Part shown: positions 63,193 to 64,000 of the stretch, piece after piece
Position numbering within the stretch: position 1 is the first letter of the stretch
Layout: each line of letters opens with the position of its first letter
DNA from: Candidatus Ornithomonoglobus sp.
Lineage (GTDB): Bacteria; Bacillota; Clostridia; UBA1381
Assembly (NCBI GenBank): GCA_051877435.1
Contig: JBJEIW010000268.1
Coordinates: 77 to 64,076 of the forward strand
Length of the DNA: 64,000 nt
Reading direction: 5' to 3'
Notes under the pieces: generated by a model
Told to the model about the DNA's origin: nothing
Databases searched by the model: none
What the model saw: the letters and a program-made list of their open reading frames with translations, nothing else
Made by a program: the position numbers and the translations under genes

Positions 63193-64000
63193 TCAGAACT
63201 TGAAGTCATACTTGAATTCGTCAGGAACTATAGCATTACCGTTCTCATCAAGATTTCCTTCATCCGCCTCATATGCATTCTTATAATCCTGACATACAAG
63301 GTCGCCGTCCATCTTAAGCCACTGCTTAATAGCTGTTTCGTAGCCCTTTTCATCAATCTTGCCAACGATATAGTTTGTTCTTGCCTCTGAAATGATGGCA
63401 TCAAGCTGTGTACCGCTCATTGAGTATGTATCTGACGTATACGGAGCCATCGGGTTTATAACCGCGTACTGCTCGTTCTCCGTCTGAACCTTTTCAACGG
63501 TTTCAGCTGTCTTGTTGGCATAAGCCGTACTGAGCTTTGTAGGAGCTATACCCATGGAGAACTGGTTAAGATCGTCATATTCAGCCGTCAAAGACGGATC
63601 CGTATTCTTTACAGCCTTTCCGTTCTCATCAATTGTATAATTCCTGTCCAGAATACCATAGTTACACAGGTCTACTATATACTCACCGTTACACTCGTCA
63701 AGCACGGACAGAATAAAGTCAAGATCCTCCTCTGTACCTACTGTCGGTGTCGGGAATACATAATAGCCGTTATAGCCGGTTGTCGGCCAGATTACAGGCT
63801 CCGCGTCGGCATCTCTGGTAACATATCCGAATACGTCAACTACAGCGTCCGGATCATTTTTAAGGATATTAGAAGCGTTACGTCTTGCGCGGTCGGCAAC
63901 GTCAATCTGAACTCCGCCGATACCGTTTAAGAAATCATTATCCCAGCTGTTCGGGTCAAGTGTAGCCATGTTGCTGTTGATATATCCTGCCTCGTACCAT
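63193..64000 (-). CDS. extracellular solute-binding protein of a sugar ABC transporter (C-terminal part; truncated by the window edge)
   Basis: The reading frame stays open to position 64000 (..WYEAGYINSNMATLDPNSW..), so the Met at 63969 is internal. The C-terminal region resembles large family-1 lipoprotein SBPs (LplA/YtcQ-like). Confidence 0.7.
   Translation of the reverse strand, partial: WYEAGYINSNMATLDPNSWDNDFLNGIGGVQIDVADRARRNASNILKNDPDAVVDVFGYVTRDADAEPVIWPTTGYNGYYVFPTPTVGTEEDLDFILSVLDECNGEYIVDLCNYGILDRNYTIDENGKAVKNTDPSLTAEYDDLNQFSMGIAPTKLSTAYANKTAETVEKVQTENEQYAVINPMAPYTSDTYSMSGTQLDAIISEARTNYIVGKIDEKGYETAIKQWLKMDGDLVCQDYKNAYEADEGNLDENGNAIVPDEFKYDFKF

Noticed and set aside
1-64000. CRISPR arrays, tRNA or rRNA genes, IS elements or transposases, restriction-modification systems or known defence systems
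   Set aside because: I inspected every intergenic region longer than about 100 nt. None contains short regularly spaced direct repeats, cloverleaf-like GC-rich segments of about 75 nt, or ORFs with transposase, nuclease or methylase motifs. The only repeats are the intragenic coding repeats and the small structured element reported above.

Overview
This looks like a chromosomal core region of a Firmicutes (Clostridia-type) genome. Supporting signs are PolC, T-box and glycine riboswitches, HydG, and spore-associated DUF421/DUF4363 genes. About 85% of the window is coding, mostly on the minus strand.

Housekeeping content, in order:
- ruvX and DUF1292
- alaS plus a HIT protein
- tyrS, polC and punA
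- two tandem sodium:alanine/glycine symporter (AGCS) genes, each behind its own glycine riboswitch
- hydG
- pheS-pheT behind a Phe T-box
- RNase J
- a dcw cluster: mraZ-rsmH-ftsL-pbp-murE-murF-mraY-ftsW-murG, with no murD
- tex and lgt
- the operons hom-thrB-lysC and rlmB-ACT(UPF0237)-UPF0210

I found no tRNA or rRNA genes, CRISPR arrays, transposases, integrases, prophage modules or recognisable defence systems.

The parts that ordinary annotation does not explain:
1. Three very large Sec-secreted proteins built from repeated beta-rich modules (1638, 973 and 1210 aa). I recognise no anchor or catalytic domain in them. All three sit behind near-consensus sigma-A promoters. One is divergent from an XRE regulator with twin palindromic operators.
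2. A small structured intergenic repeat family with at least three copies. One copy forms two perfect hairpins at the 5' end of the 1210-aa gene's mRNA.
3. A promoter-driven, roughly 200-nt structured sRNA that may be 6S-like.
4. An orphan DinJ-type antitoxin.
5. A polybasic N-terminal extension on FtsW.

I cannot show that any of these is a novel system. The secreted-protein loci are the best candidates. All functional calls rest on my recognition of motifs in the translations, not on database searches.
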